This document shows, in pieces, positions 1-7,012 of a DNA stretch of 18,102 bases. The notes under the pieces were generated by a model. That model was not told the DNA's origin, ran no database searches, and saw nothing but the letters and a program-made list of their open reading frames with translations. The position numbers were made by a program, and so were the translations under genes. Numbering within the stretch: position 1 is the first letter of the stretch; every line of letters begins with the position of its first letter. Source of the DNA: Armatimonadia bacterium (GTDB lineage: Bacteria > Armatimonadota > Zipacnadia > Zipacnadales > UBA11051). The stretch spans positions 1 through 18,102 of the forward strand of contig JBDKRC010000317.1 of the NCBI GenBank assembly GCA_039683575.1, in the 5' to 3' direction.

Positions 1-32
1 AGGATAATCGGAACGGCTCGTGGACCAGACAT
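1..32 (-). CDS. N-terminal fragment of a CDS (MSGPRAVPII...), possibly an IS630 transposase/HTH ORF
   Basis: GGAG-tgatct-ATG on the minus strand with ATG at 32. Only 10 codons are visible, and the resemblance to M-x-GP-(R/K)-x-x-x-I-x-L IS630 N-termini is from recall. Confidence 0.4.
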   Translation of the reverse strand, partial: MSGPRAVPII

Positions 33-125
33 AGATCACTCCGCAAGCAAGATGATCTGCCTATTCCACAAGCCAGCCGAAATCCTTTCCTCTAACTGAT
101 TAGATATTTATTGGACAAGACACTA
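1..125 (-). mobile_element. Probable left end of an IS630-like insertion sequence (runs off the window)
   Basis: The minus strand reads CTAGTGTCTTGTCCAATAAATATC from 126. This is an AT-rich segment starting at a TA (124-125), which resembles IS630-type termini and TA targets. It lacks the host C skew and leads into an SD-preceded ATG at 32. The partner terminal repeat is not visible. Confidence 0.4.
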
Positions 126-162
126 GACTGTCGTCTCAGCTATTCCTGTTGCATGCCACCCA

Positions 163-230
163 GCCGTACGAGCGGCTTCCAGCCGCGAGGGCTACGCGCC
201 TGGAGCAGGTCTTCCAGACCTGCGGGGCTG
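163..230 (+). repeat. Two-hairpin REP-like module, copy 1
   Basis: GCCGTACGA-GCGGC ttcca GCCGC-GAG ... TGGA-GCAGGTC ttcca GACCTGC. Related copies lie at 8405-8471 and 15142-15218. Confidence 0.75.
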
Positions 231-309
231 CTGAGCCGCCAAGCCAGATTGAATCGGCAAGAATGGTCGGAAGGCCGCGTGTGGCGATATGTGATCGTGG
301 ATAGCGGCA

Positions 310-335
310 GGCGGGGTACGGAGCCCCCGCCCTAC
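310..335 (-). repeat. GTAG-type REP hairpin
   Basis: Minus strand GTAG-GGCGGGG gctccgta CCCCGCC: a GTAG tetranucleotide followed by a palindrome. Confidence 0.65.
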
Positions 336-368
336 AGTGGGGAGTCGCACCCTCATGAAGATGCCCAT

Positions 369-397
369 TTGACGCCCCCCACCAGCCGCGCTATCAT
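369..397 (+). promoter_or_regulatory. Sigma70-type promoter, near-leaderless start of the glycosyltransferase gene
   Basis: TTGACG (369-374), 17 nt, TATCAT (392-397). ATG at 408 is 10 nt downstream with no SD. Confidence 0.65.
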
Positions 398-407
398 CAT
401 CCCGATC

Positions 408-1958
408 ATGGCAACTTCCTCCCCCCCGGCGACTGGCACGCAAGCGCGCCCGCTCCTTCCGCTCCTCATCTGCCTCGCCGTCTTCTGTCTCACTGCCTCC
501 TTCTTCCGCCCCTACACCTCCGACGACTCCTTCATCACCTACCGCTACGCCCTCAATATCTCCCACGGTCTCGGCCCCGTCTACAACCCCGGCGAGGTCG
601 TCGAAGGCTACAGCAACCCGCTCTGGCTCGGCCTGCTTCTCGTCGGCCTCAAACTCGGCTTCGACCTCGTCACCTTCTCAAAAATCCTCGGCCTCCTCTG
701 CGGCCTCGGCGCCCTCCTTTGCTCCTACGGCCTAACCCTCCGCCTCACCGACGGCCGCGACTCCGCCGCCCCGTGGGGCCTCCTCCTCCTCGCCACCAGC
801 GCCGGCCTCGGCTACTACGCCCTCTCCGGCATGGAAACCCCGCTCTACGCCTTCCTGCTAACCGCCGCCGCCTATTGCCTCTTCCTCACCAGCCCCGCCG
901 CCATGGTCTCTTTGCTCCTCGCCGCCCTCGCTGCAGCCTTCACCCGCCCCGAGGGCCTCGGCATCCTTCTCGTTGTGATCTTCTGGCGCGCCGTAAGCCT
1001 CCGCGACCTCTCCGCCAGCACCCGCCGCGCCTTCTACCTCTCCACGGCCTCCGCCCTGCTCATTACCATCCTCGCCCTCCTCCTGCGCCACCGCACCTTT
1101 GGCCAGTGGCTACCCAACACCTTCTACGCCAAGCCCCCCGGCGCGTTCGGCGGCATGTCTTATCTGGCGGCCCTGACCTACCTCCGCGACTACCTGCTCA
1201 CCGGTGGCAACGCCCTCTGGCTCGCGCTAGCGGCCTGCCCGCTCCTCATCCGCCGCTGGCGCGTCCCCGCCCTCGGCGCCCTCTCCCTCGTCGTGGTCGA
1301 GGTCGCCCTGGTCGTCCACGCTCGCGGCGACTGGATGGCCCTCAGCCGCTTCCTTGTCCCCTGCACGCCCCTCCTCGTCGGCCTCGGCTACGCTGCCCTG
1401 CTCCGCAACCTCTCCTCCCGCCCACTGGTCGCCCTTCTCCTCATCCTCCTTGCCGGCCTCAACGCCATCCAGTTAGCCGAGCAAGTCACCGCCTTCCGCG
1501 CCGGTGAGTATCCCCAGAACGTCATGGCCGGCGAGCCCCAGCGCCTCGCGGGGCAGTGGCTCCGCGCCAACCTCCCGAAGGACAGCGTCATCGCCACCAA
1601 GCGCATCGGCGGCGTAGGCTACTACTCCGGCCTGCGCCTCATAGACACCCTCGGCCTCACCGACCGCCGCATCGCCATGATCCGCCATACCAGCCACACG
1701 CGCGGCGAAGCCGAGCAGCAAGCCATTGCCGCCGAAGTCTTCAGCCGCCGCCCCGATGCAATACTACTGGCCGTCATGAAACGCTGGGATAAAGTCCCCC
1801 TCGACAAGCCCGCCCCCGACGTGGCAAACAACCTCCGCGACGTAGACAACGCCCTCTACGCCGGCCTCGAAGCCCACAACTACAAGTTCCTCCGCCGCCT
1901 CCCTCAAGGCGGCGCCGGCGAGTTCGCGGTCTACCTCAGGGTAGGAGCGCTCCCCTGA
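408..1958 (+). CDS. Multi-pass membrane GT-C-fold glycosyltransferase (AftB/PMT-like, lipid-linked sugar donor)
   Basis: DD motif after TM1 (SDDSFITYRYALNISHGLGPVYNPGEVVEGYSNPLW), plus SGMETPL, TRPEG, PNTFYAK, GDWM..RF and DTLGLTD motifs and many TM segments. Start moved from 111 to ATG 408 because of the promoter and the repeat content upstream. Confidence 0.8.
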   Translation: MATSSPPATGTQARPLLPLLICLAVFCLTASFFRPYTSDDSFITYRYALNISHGLGPVYNPGEVVEGYSNPLWLGLLLVGLKLGFDLVTFSKILGLLCGLGALLCSYGLTLRLTDGRDSAAPWGLLLLATSAGLGYYALSGMETPLYAFLLTAAAYCLFLTSPAAMVSLLLAALAAAFTRPEGLGILLVVIFWRAVSLRDLSASTRRAFYLSTASALLITILALLLRHRTFGQWLPNTFYAKPPGAFGGMSYLAALTYLRDYLLTGGNALWLALAACPLLIRRWRVPALGALSLVVVEVALVVHARGDWMALSRFLVPCTPLLVGLGYAALLRNLSSRPLVALLLILLAGLNAIQLAEQVTAFRAGEYPQNVMAGEPQRLAGQWLRANLPKDSVIATKRIGGVGYYSGLRLIDTLGLTDRRIAMIRHTSHTRGEAEQQAIAAEVFSRRPDAILLAVMKRWDKVPLDKPAPDVANNLRDVDNALYAGLEAHNYKFLRRLPQGGAGEFAVYLRVGALP

Positions 1959-2225
1959 GCGCGACTGTCACCGACCAGACTCTCGCTCGCCGCCTCCCCC
2001 AAGGCGGCTCCGGTGAATTCGCGGTCTACCTCAGGGTAGGAGCGCTCCCCTGAGCGCGACTGTCACCGACCAGACCCTCGCTCGCCGCCTCCCTCAAGGC
2101 GGCGCCGGCGAATTCGCCATCTACCTCAGGGCAGGAGCGCTCCCCGCGCGACCATCCCCGACCAGCCTCTCGCTCGTCGCCTCTCCCAGGGCGGCTCCGG
2201 TGAGTTCTCCATCTACGTCAGATAG
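1893..2225 (+). repeat. Tandem array of 3.5 units (95/95/92 bp): GT gene 3' end plus a REP hairpin
   Basis: Units start at 1893, 1988, 2083 and 2175. Each begins CGYCGCCTC...GGCGGC.CCGG.GA.TTC....TCTAC.TCAG. Units 1-3 continue with G(T/C)AGGAGCGCTCCCC..GCGCGA...CCGACCAG. Confidence 0.95.
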
Positions 2226-2270
2226 TCCGGATGTGGAGGGCAGAGCAGTTGACGTTTTTCCATCAGGGGG

Positions 2271-2298
2271 TTTACGTGGGGATTGTTTCGTGTATAAT
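2271..2298 (+). promoter_or_regulatory. Sigma70-type promoter of the RNA/NYN cassette
   Basis: Perfect TATAAT at 2293-2298 and TTTACG at 2271-2276 (16-nt spacer), in an AT-richer patch. Confidence 0.65.
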
Positions 2299-2299
2299 G

Positions 2300-2384
2300 A
2301 GTCCAGTGACATTTCCTTCTGGCCTGCCCAGGTTGGAGGTCACGCGCTTCCCCGCCCTCCACTGGACTGGCGGGGTTTGTCTTT
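2300..2384 (+). ncRNA. Candidate structured small RNA or leader upstream of the NYN gene
   Basis: Nested stem GTGAC(2306-2310)/GTCAC(2339-2343), TTCC/GGAG, GGCCT/AGGTT. It is followed by hairpin CCCCGCC/GGCGGGG with a T-rich tail, whose loop CACTGGACT (2360-2368) is complementary to AGTCCAGTG (2300-2308). Confidence 0.5.
2350..2384 (+). terminator. Intrinsic terminator or attenuator between promoter and NYN start
   Basis: 7-bp GC stem (2350-2356/2369-2375) followed by TTTGTCTTT. Confidence 0.6.
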
Positions 2385-2400
2385 CGGGGGGTCCCCTTCC

Positions 2401-3081
2401 ATGCTTTCCTCTTCGCCGCTAGCCCCATCGCGCCAGAACGTGGTCTTCTTCATTGACGGCATGAATCTATGGCACGAATGCGAACGCAAGTTTCACCATG
2501 GCAATGTCCATCCGGATCTGCTGGCCGCACAGTTCCTTGGCACGCGCCACTTGAAGCAAATTCGATTCTACTGCGGGATAGACAACCCGCGCGAGAGACC
2601 CACCAGACATGCGTCGCGGACGCGACAGCACAAATCGTTCGAGGCCAAGGGTGTATACGTTTGGACGAACACGATGAAGTACTCAGATCGGGAAGCAGTT
2701 GTCGAGGGGGTTCCACCATGTCAGTGTGGGTTCAGGAAGTCGAGAATGGTCAGAGACGCCCGCGAAAAAGGGATTGATCTGCGAATAGCGCTGGACATGC
2801 TTCGTATGGCTAGACACGGAGAGTTTGATGTGGCCGTGCTTGTCTCCGCAGACAATGACATGAAGCAGGTTGTTGACGAACTCAAGCGACTCGCAGACGA
2901 AATCGGCAGGAAGATTGCTGTAGAGAACGTGGTTGTCTGGGATGAGGGCAATAAGAAATACCCCAGGATTCCGGGCTGTTCGCGCTACCACATTGTCAAC
3001 GATGCGGTCTTCCAGATCATCAAAGACACGGACGACTACACAAGATCTCCCGCCGCAACGCCATCGTCGGTAATTCCCTAG
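2401..3081 (+). CDS. NYN domain (LabA/DUF88, PIN-like) predicted ribonuclease
   Basis: Motifs VFFIDGMNL, IRFY, REKGIDLRIALDM and AVLVSADNDM carry the four acidic catalytic residues. A CQCG insert precedes EKG. Start placed at ATG 2401, after the promoter and terminator. Confidence 0.9.
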   Translation: MLSSSPLAPSRQNVVFFIDGMNLWHECERKFHHGNVHPDLLAAQFLGTRHLKQIRFYCGIDNPRERPTRHASRTRQHKSFEAKGVYVWTNTMKYSDREAVVEGVPPCQCGFRKSRMVRDAREKGIDLRIALDMLRMARHGEFDVAVLVSADNDMKQVVDELKRLADEIGRKIAVENVVVWDEGNKKYPRIPGCSRYHIVNDAVFQIIKDTDDYTRSPAATPSSVIP

Positions 3082-3097
3082 CTGCAATCAGCGTCTG

Positions 3098-6000
3098 CTA
3101 CTTCCCCACCCCCACCTCCGCCCGCGTCATCGTCTGCACCCTGTAAACCCCCTTACCCGTCCGCTGCACCCACGTCGTCGCCGGGATCCGGAACACATCC
3201 CCCGGCCCCACATCGCTGATCCACATCTGCCGCCGCCCATCCCCATCCGCGTCCTTGTATACCTCCGCCAGCGCCTTATCCCCCTTCGCCACTTTCAGCA
3301 CATTCCCGCTCGCGCTCAGTATCTTCAGACTCTCCGTCTTGTCCTCATTGTAAAGCCACCGCCCCGCATGCCGCCCGCCCTCGATCTTCCCATACCCCGC
3401 CAGCGGCGCCACGGTCTGCACGGTCCCCGCCGCTTCGTCAAACCCCTCCGCCATCGCCGTCCCCACAATGAACAGCACATCCCCAAACCCCAGCACCGTC
3501 TTGCCGTCCTTCACTGCCGCCGATTTGATCGTGTAGCTGCCCCGCTGTAGCTCATTGCCCAGTATCACCACCCGGTCCACCATCGCCTCGGGCGCCCGAA
3601 CCGCCCCCTCCACCGTAATCGCATTGGCCGCCGGATCAACCGCCACCACCTTCCCCGCTGGCGATGCTTCCACCTCAAGCGAGAAGTCCCCATACTTCAG
3701 CCGCGTCCCGTTCACCAGCAGCGCCCTCTGTACCCCCTGCTCATCCACCGTCACCAGCGCGTACTGCCCCTGCACCGCAAACTCCTTCCCCGCCCCGTCC
3801 CACACCACCATCTCGCTCGTATCCACCGCGCTGTGCACAAAGTCCGTCCCGCCTGTCCGCCGCACCGCCACCCCCACCGCTTCCGGCGCCGCCTTAGCCG
3901 CCTCCAGCAGCCGCACCTCACTCACCGCCGCCGCACCCACATGCGGCTCCACTACCGCCACATACTTCGACAGCATCCCCGGCTCGCCCACATTCCGCGC
4001 CAGCGCATACTTGATCGTCCGCGGGTTACTCGTCTGCGCCTCAGGCTCCCCATCGGCCACGATCACTTCCTGCGCGCACCCCGCCGGCATCGTCATCGTG
4101 ATCGCGAGGTCCTTCTGGTCCCAGTGGTTCCAGGTCGCGCTCCACCCCTTCTCCGGCCGCATTCGCTGCACGTTCCACAGCCCCTGCAGCCCGCTGCTGA
4201 CCCCGCTCGCCGTCGCCAGCAGCGGCTCCTCCCGCGTCAGGTCCCGCCCAATCACCATGCTGTTGATCATGATGTAGTTGATCCCGCTGTTGACCGCCTT
4301 CAGCTTCAGCGTCTCCGCCTTCGCCGGCAGCTCAAACACCTGGCTCTGCCACTTGTACGCCTTCCCGTCCTTCGTCTCGATCTTCACCGGCACCACTGTC
4401 TCCCCCAGCCGCAGCTCCACCTCGCTCAGTCCCGGCTTGTGGTCCCAGTACTCCACAAACAGCTTGTACTTCCCCGCCGCCAGCGCCGGTATCTTCACCG
4501 ACATCTCCACCCCCGGCTTAGTCGTCAAGATCCCCTTCCCATGCGGCGTCCAGGTCTCGCCCGCCTGCTTCCAGTAATCCGCCGCTTTCACCACACCCTC
4601 CCCATGCGCCAGATCCACCGCCAGGTCCCCGCCCGTCGCCCTCGCCGGTGGCTGCTTGCCATACGCCACCTCCTCCCCCGCCAGCGTCCCCTTCGTCTGC
4701 ACCGCTCCCAGTGCGCCGCCCGTCACGGTCATCTCCGGCGCGCCCGCATGGTAGCACCAGTCATGCTGCTTGCCCCCGCGCACTCGCCACACGTCCAGCA
4801 GATAAGACTGCTCCGGCGAGATGTCCACCAGCGCGCTCGTCCGCCGGTACAGCGTCGCCAGCTCCGGATACGCCCGCTCCGCCGACGCCTCCACCACCTG
4901 CACCCCCGGCGTCCCCACGAGCATCTCCAGGTCCCCCGCCTCATAGGTCATCTGCGGCAGTTCATCAACCATCACGCAGTAGTGCTTGTACGTGTCCGCC
5001 CGCCGCCATTCATAGAAATCCGGCCGTGTAAACGGCGTCGGGTACCCATCCTCCGGCATGACCACCCGCCCGTGCGAGAACATCTCCACATTGAGCCGGT
5101 CAAAGTGCCCGTGCCCGCCGCCCGCATCGCCATAGTACATGCTTAGCGCCCGCTCCCGCCCTTTCGCTCCCGTCTCCAGTATCGCGCACCCATACCCGCC
5201 CAGATTTCGCGTCTTCAGTTCCGGCAGCGTCACGCCCTCGGCCGCCTTGTCCACGGCCGCCCCGTCGAAGTAGTCCTCCATCAGCCCGCCCGAGGATGCC
5301 CCCATGTCCTTGAGCATCCGCGCATACTTCGCGTCGCGGTACTGCATGAAGGCCGTGCCCTGCAAATCCGGCGTCAGCGCAATCGGCGACGTCCCGGTGA
5401 GGCGCCCGCTGTCCCCGATGGAGGGCGAGAACCTCCCCGCCACGGTCAGATCGCGCCCGATATCCGCCATCTTCCGCAGCTTCGGATTGCTCCAGACATT
5501 CAGCCCCAATCGCGGCAGCAGTTGCGCCACGTTGTAGAAGTTAGTGCACCAGCCCGACGAGTACCCCGGCGACGACTCCGCCCCCAGCCCCTCGCGGTAG
5601 AACCCGTTCCAAAGCAGGTCCTCCATCCTCCCGCCCCCGCGCATGATCCAGTCCGTCATGTCCTTCGAGGTCGGCCCCCGCTGCGGATCATCATTCTTCA
5701 GCACCAGCGCCAGGTTCGCCAGCGTCAACTGGTGCATCCCCATGTTCCCCGCCACATACCCCGTCATCACGTCCTTCACCATCACCCACAGCATCTTCTC
5801 GATGACGTCCCCCGGCTTGCCCAGCCCCTTCCCCGCCAAAAACGCCTCCAGCCCCTTGTCCTCCGCCACCCCCGGATACACCGCATCAAACGTCAGCGCA
5901 ATATTGCTATCATTGCCGGTGCTCCAGATATAGTCAGAAATTCGCCCATTGATCCCCCACATCCCCTCATGGTAGCACTGCTTGCGGTAGTCAAACCGCT

Positions 6001-6637
6001 CGTACTCGCTCCCGATTTTCGCCAGCATCACCCCCGCCTTGTGCGCATACTCCGCCTTCCCGGTGCACAGATAAGCCGCCCGCAGCGCATTCAGCCCGCC
6101 CAGCACGTCCTTCGACCACCGCTGCCAGAAGATATAGTACGAGACAAAGTAGTACCGCCGCCCGTCCTTCTTATCCACCCACCCGACTCCATTGTCCGCA
6201 TACCCCGGCTCCTCCACTGGCTTCCCCGCCAGCCCCTCGGTATTCCACGGCTTGAAGTCATTGCTCGGAAACACCGTCTGGCACACCGGGCACTTGACCT
6301 TGAAGGGCTGCTCCCGGCTCGTAATCCAGGGATAATGCCCCGCCTTCCGGTTGACCTCATCCCCGCAGATGGGGCAATCATGCGCGATGCAGACATTGAT
6401 AGCCCGCATCTGCTCCGGCGGCGGCACAAAGTCCCAAAGCTCCTGATCGCTCATCGCCAGAATCCACGCACACTCCCGCTCCAACCCCGCCACCTCATCC
6501 TTAGCCGCCTGCGAACCCGCGATCTTGCCCTTCAGCCGAGACATAAAGGCCTCGTCATAATAAGTCCGCGCTTGCTTGGCCGAGACGCCAGACAGCGACA
6601 GTAGCAGCAAGATGACCAGCAGCAGGCACTTTTCCAC
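3098..6637 (-). CDS. Secreted heparinase II/III-like polysaccharide lyase
   Basis: Signal peptide, alpha-toroid region (GNMGMHQ, EGLGAESSPGYS), GHGHFDRLNVEMF and HYCVMVDE motifs, and LYRRT...YLLDVWRVRGGKQHDW. GTG start at 6637 with GGAGGA SD 7 nt upstream. Confidence 0.8.
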   Translation of the reverse strand: MEKCLLLVILLLLSLSGVSAKQARTYYDEAFMSRLKGKIAGSQAAKDEVAGLERECAWILAMSDQELWDFVPPPEQMRAINVCIAHDCPICGDEVNRKAGHYPWITSREQPFKVKCPVCQTVFPSNDFKPWNTEGLAGKPVEEPGYADNGVGWVDKKDGRRYYFVSYYIFWQRWSKDVLGGLNALRAAYLCTGKAEYAHKAGVMLAKIGSEYERFDYRKQCYHEGMWGINGRISDYIWSTGNDSNIALTFDAVYPGVAEDKGLEAFLAGKGLGKPGDVIEKMLWVMVKDVMTGYVAGNMGMHQLTLANLALVLKNDDPQRGPTSKDMTDWIMRGGGRMEDLLWNGFYREGLGAESSPGYSSGWCTNFYNVAQLLPRLGLNVWSNPKLRKMADIGRDLTVAGRFSPSIGDSGRLTGTSPIALTPDLQGTAFMQYRDAKYARMLKDMGASSGGLMEDYFDGAAVDKAAEGVTLPELKTRNLGGYGCAILETGAKGRERALSMYYGDAGGGHGHFDRLNVEMFSHGRVVMPEDGYPTPFTRPDFYEWRRADTYKHYCVMVDELPQMTYEAGDLEMLVGTPGVQVVEASAERAYPELATLYRRTSALVDISPEQSYLLDVWRVRGGKQHDWCYHAGAPEMTVTGGALGAVQTKGTLAGEEVAYGKQPPARATGGDLAVDLAHGEGVVKAADYWKQAGETWTPHGKGILTTKPGVEMSVKIPALAAGKYKLFVEYWDHKPGLSEVELRLGETVVPVKIETKDGKAYKWQSQVFELPAKAETLKLKAVNSGINYIMINSMVIGRDLTREEPLLATASGVSSGLQGLWNVQRMRPEKGWSATWNHWDQKDLAITMTMPAGCAQEVIVADGEPEAQTSNPRTIKYALARNVGEPGMLSKYVAVVEPHVGAAAVSEVRLLEAAKAAPEAVGVAVRRTGGTDFVHSAVDTSEMVVWDGAGKEFAVQGQYALVTVDEQGVQRALLVNGTRLKYGDFSLEVEASPAGKVVAVDPAANAITVEGAVRAPEAMVDRVVILGNELQRGSYTIKSAAVKDGKTVLGFGDVLFIVGTAMAEGFDEAAGTVQTVAPLAGYGKIEGGRHAGRWLYNEDKTESLKILSASGNVLKVAKGDKALAEVYKDADGDGRRQMWISDVGPGDVFRIPATTWVQRTGKGVYRVQTMTRAEVGVGK

Positions 6638-6707
6638 GCGAATGTCCTCCGTGCCAGAGCGTGATACAGTCTCGACGTGCCCTGACGACTTGTTAATGAT
6701 AGAGTAA

Positions 6708-6730
6708 GTGGGAGGGGCTTTCAGCCCTGA
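6708..6730 (+). repeat. GTGG-type REP hairpin
   Basis: GTGGGA-GGGGCT ttc AGCCCT-GA, similar to GTGGGAGGGGCCACTGGCCCCGA at 14018-14040. Confidence 0.6.
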
Positions 6731-6766
6731 AGACCACGCAACATGCGCCGGAACGAAGCCCATCCG

Positions 6767-6937
6767 TTAGGGCCGCGACCGCCGCAGTCTCACCTCGATA
6801 TCAGCGGGCTCAGTGAAGTACTGGGACGGGTCATGGGTGTCCCAGAACCGCAGTTCCTGTTCCTCTGTCTCGAAATTGGGGAGCTCTCTGTAGGGCTTGC
6901 GTGAAGGTCTGTCCGGTTGTTTCCCTGAATTGGGCAT
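6767..6937 (-). CDS. 56-aa CopG/BrnA-type antitoxin N-terminal domain (orphan, no RHH part); absent from the ORF track
   Basis: Manual translation MPNSGKQPDRPSRKPYRELPNFETEEQELRFWDTHDPSQYFTEPADIEVRLRRSRP*. The P-x-F-x-T/S-EE-x-E-x-x-FWDTHD motif is characteristic of CopG_antitoxin-family proteins. Confidence 0.75.
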   Translation of the reverse strand: MPNSGKQPDRPSRKPYRELPNFETEEQELRFWDTHDPSQYFTEPADIEVRLRRSRP

Positions 6938-6943
6938 GGCTAC

Positions 6944-6972
6944 ACCATACAGTTCCGCAGGTGTGCTGACAA
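6944..6972 (-). promoter_or_regulatory. Sigma70-type leaderless promoter for the antitoxin-like ORF
   Basis: TTGTCA (6972-6967), 17 nt, TATGGT (6949-6944), 6 nt, ATG (6937). Confidence 0.5.
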
Positions 6973-7012
6973 TGATGAGTCGCGGGTAATCCTACTCCAC
7001 TGGTGATACAAC

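Noticed and set aside
111-407. N-terminal extension of the glycosyltransferase ORF
   Set aside because: It runs through an IS-like end, REP hairpins and a good promoter. ATG 408 fits better.
1893-2225. DGR variable/template repeat or CRISPR array
   Set aside because: Differences are not adenine-specific and no reverse transcriptase is in the window. Units are near-identical along their length with no unique spacers, and there are no cas genes.
2200-2400. N-terminal extension of the NYN ORF from GTG 2200
   Set aside because: It starts inside repeat unit 4 and crosses the promoter and terminator. The NYN domain begins just after ATG 2401.
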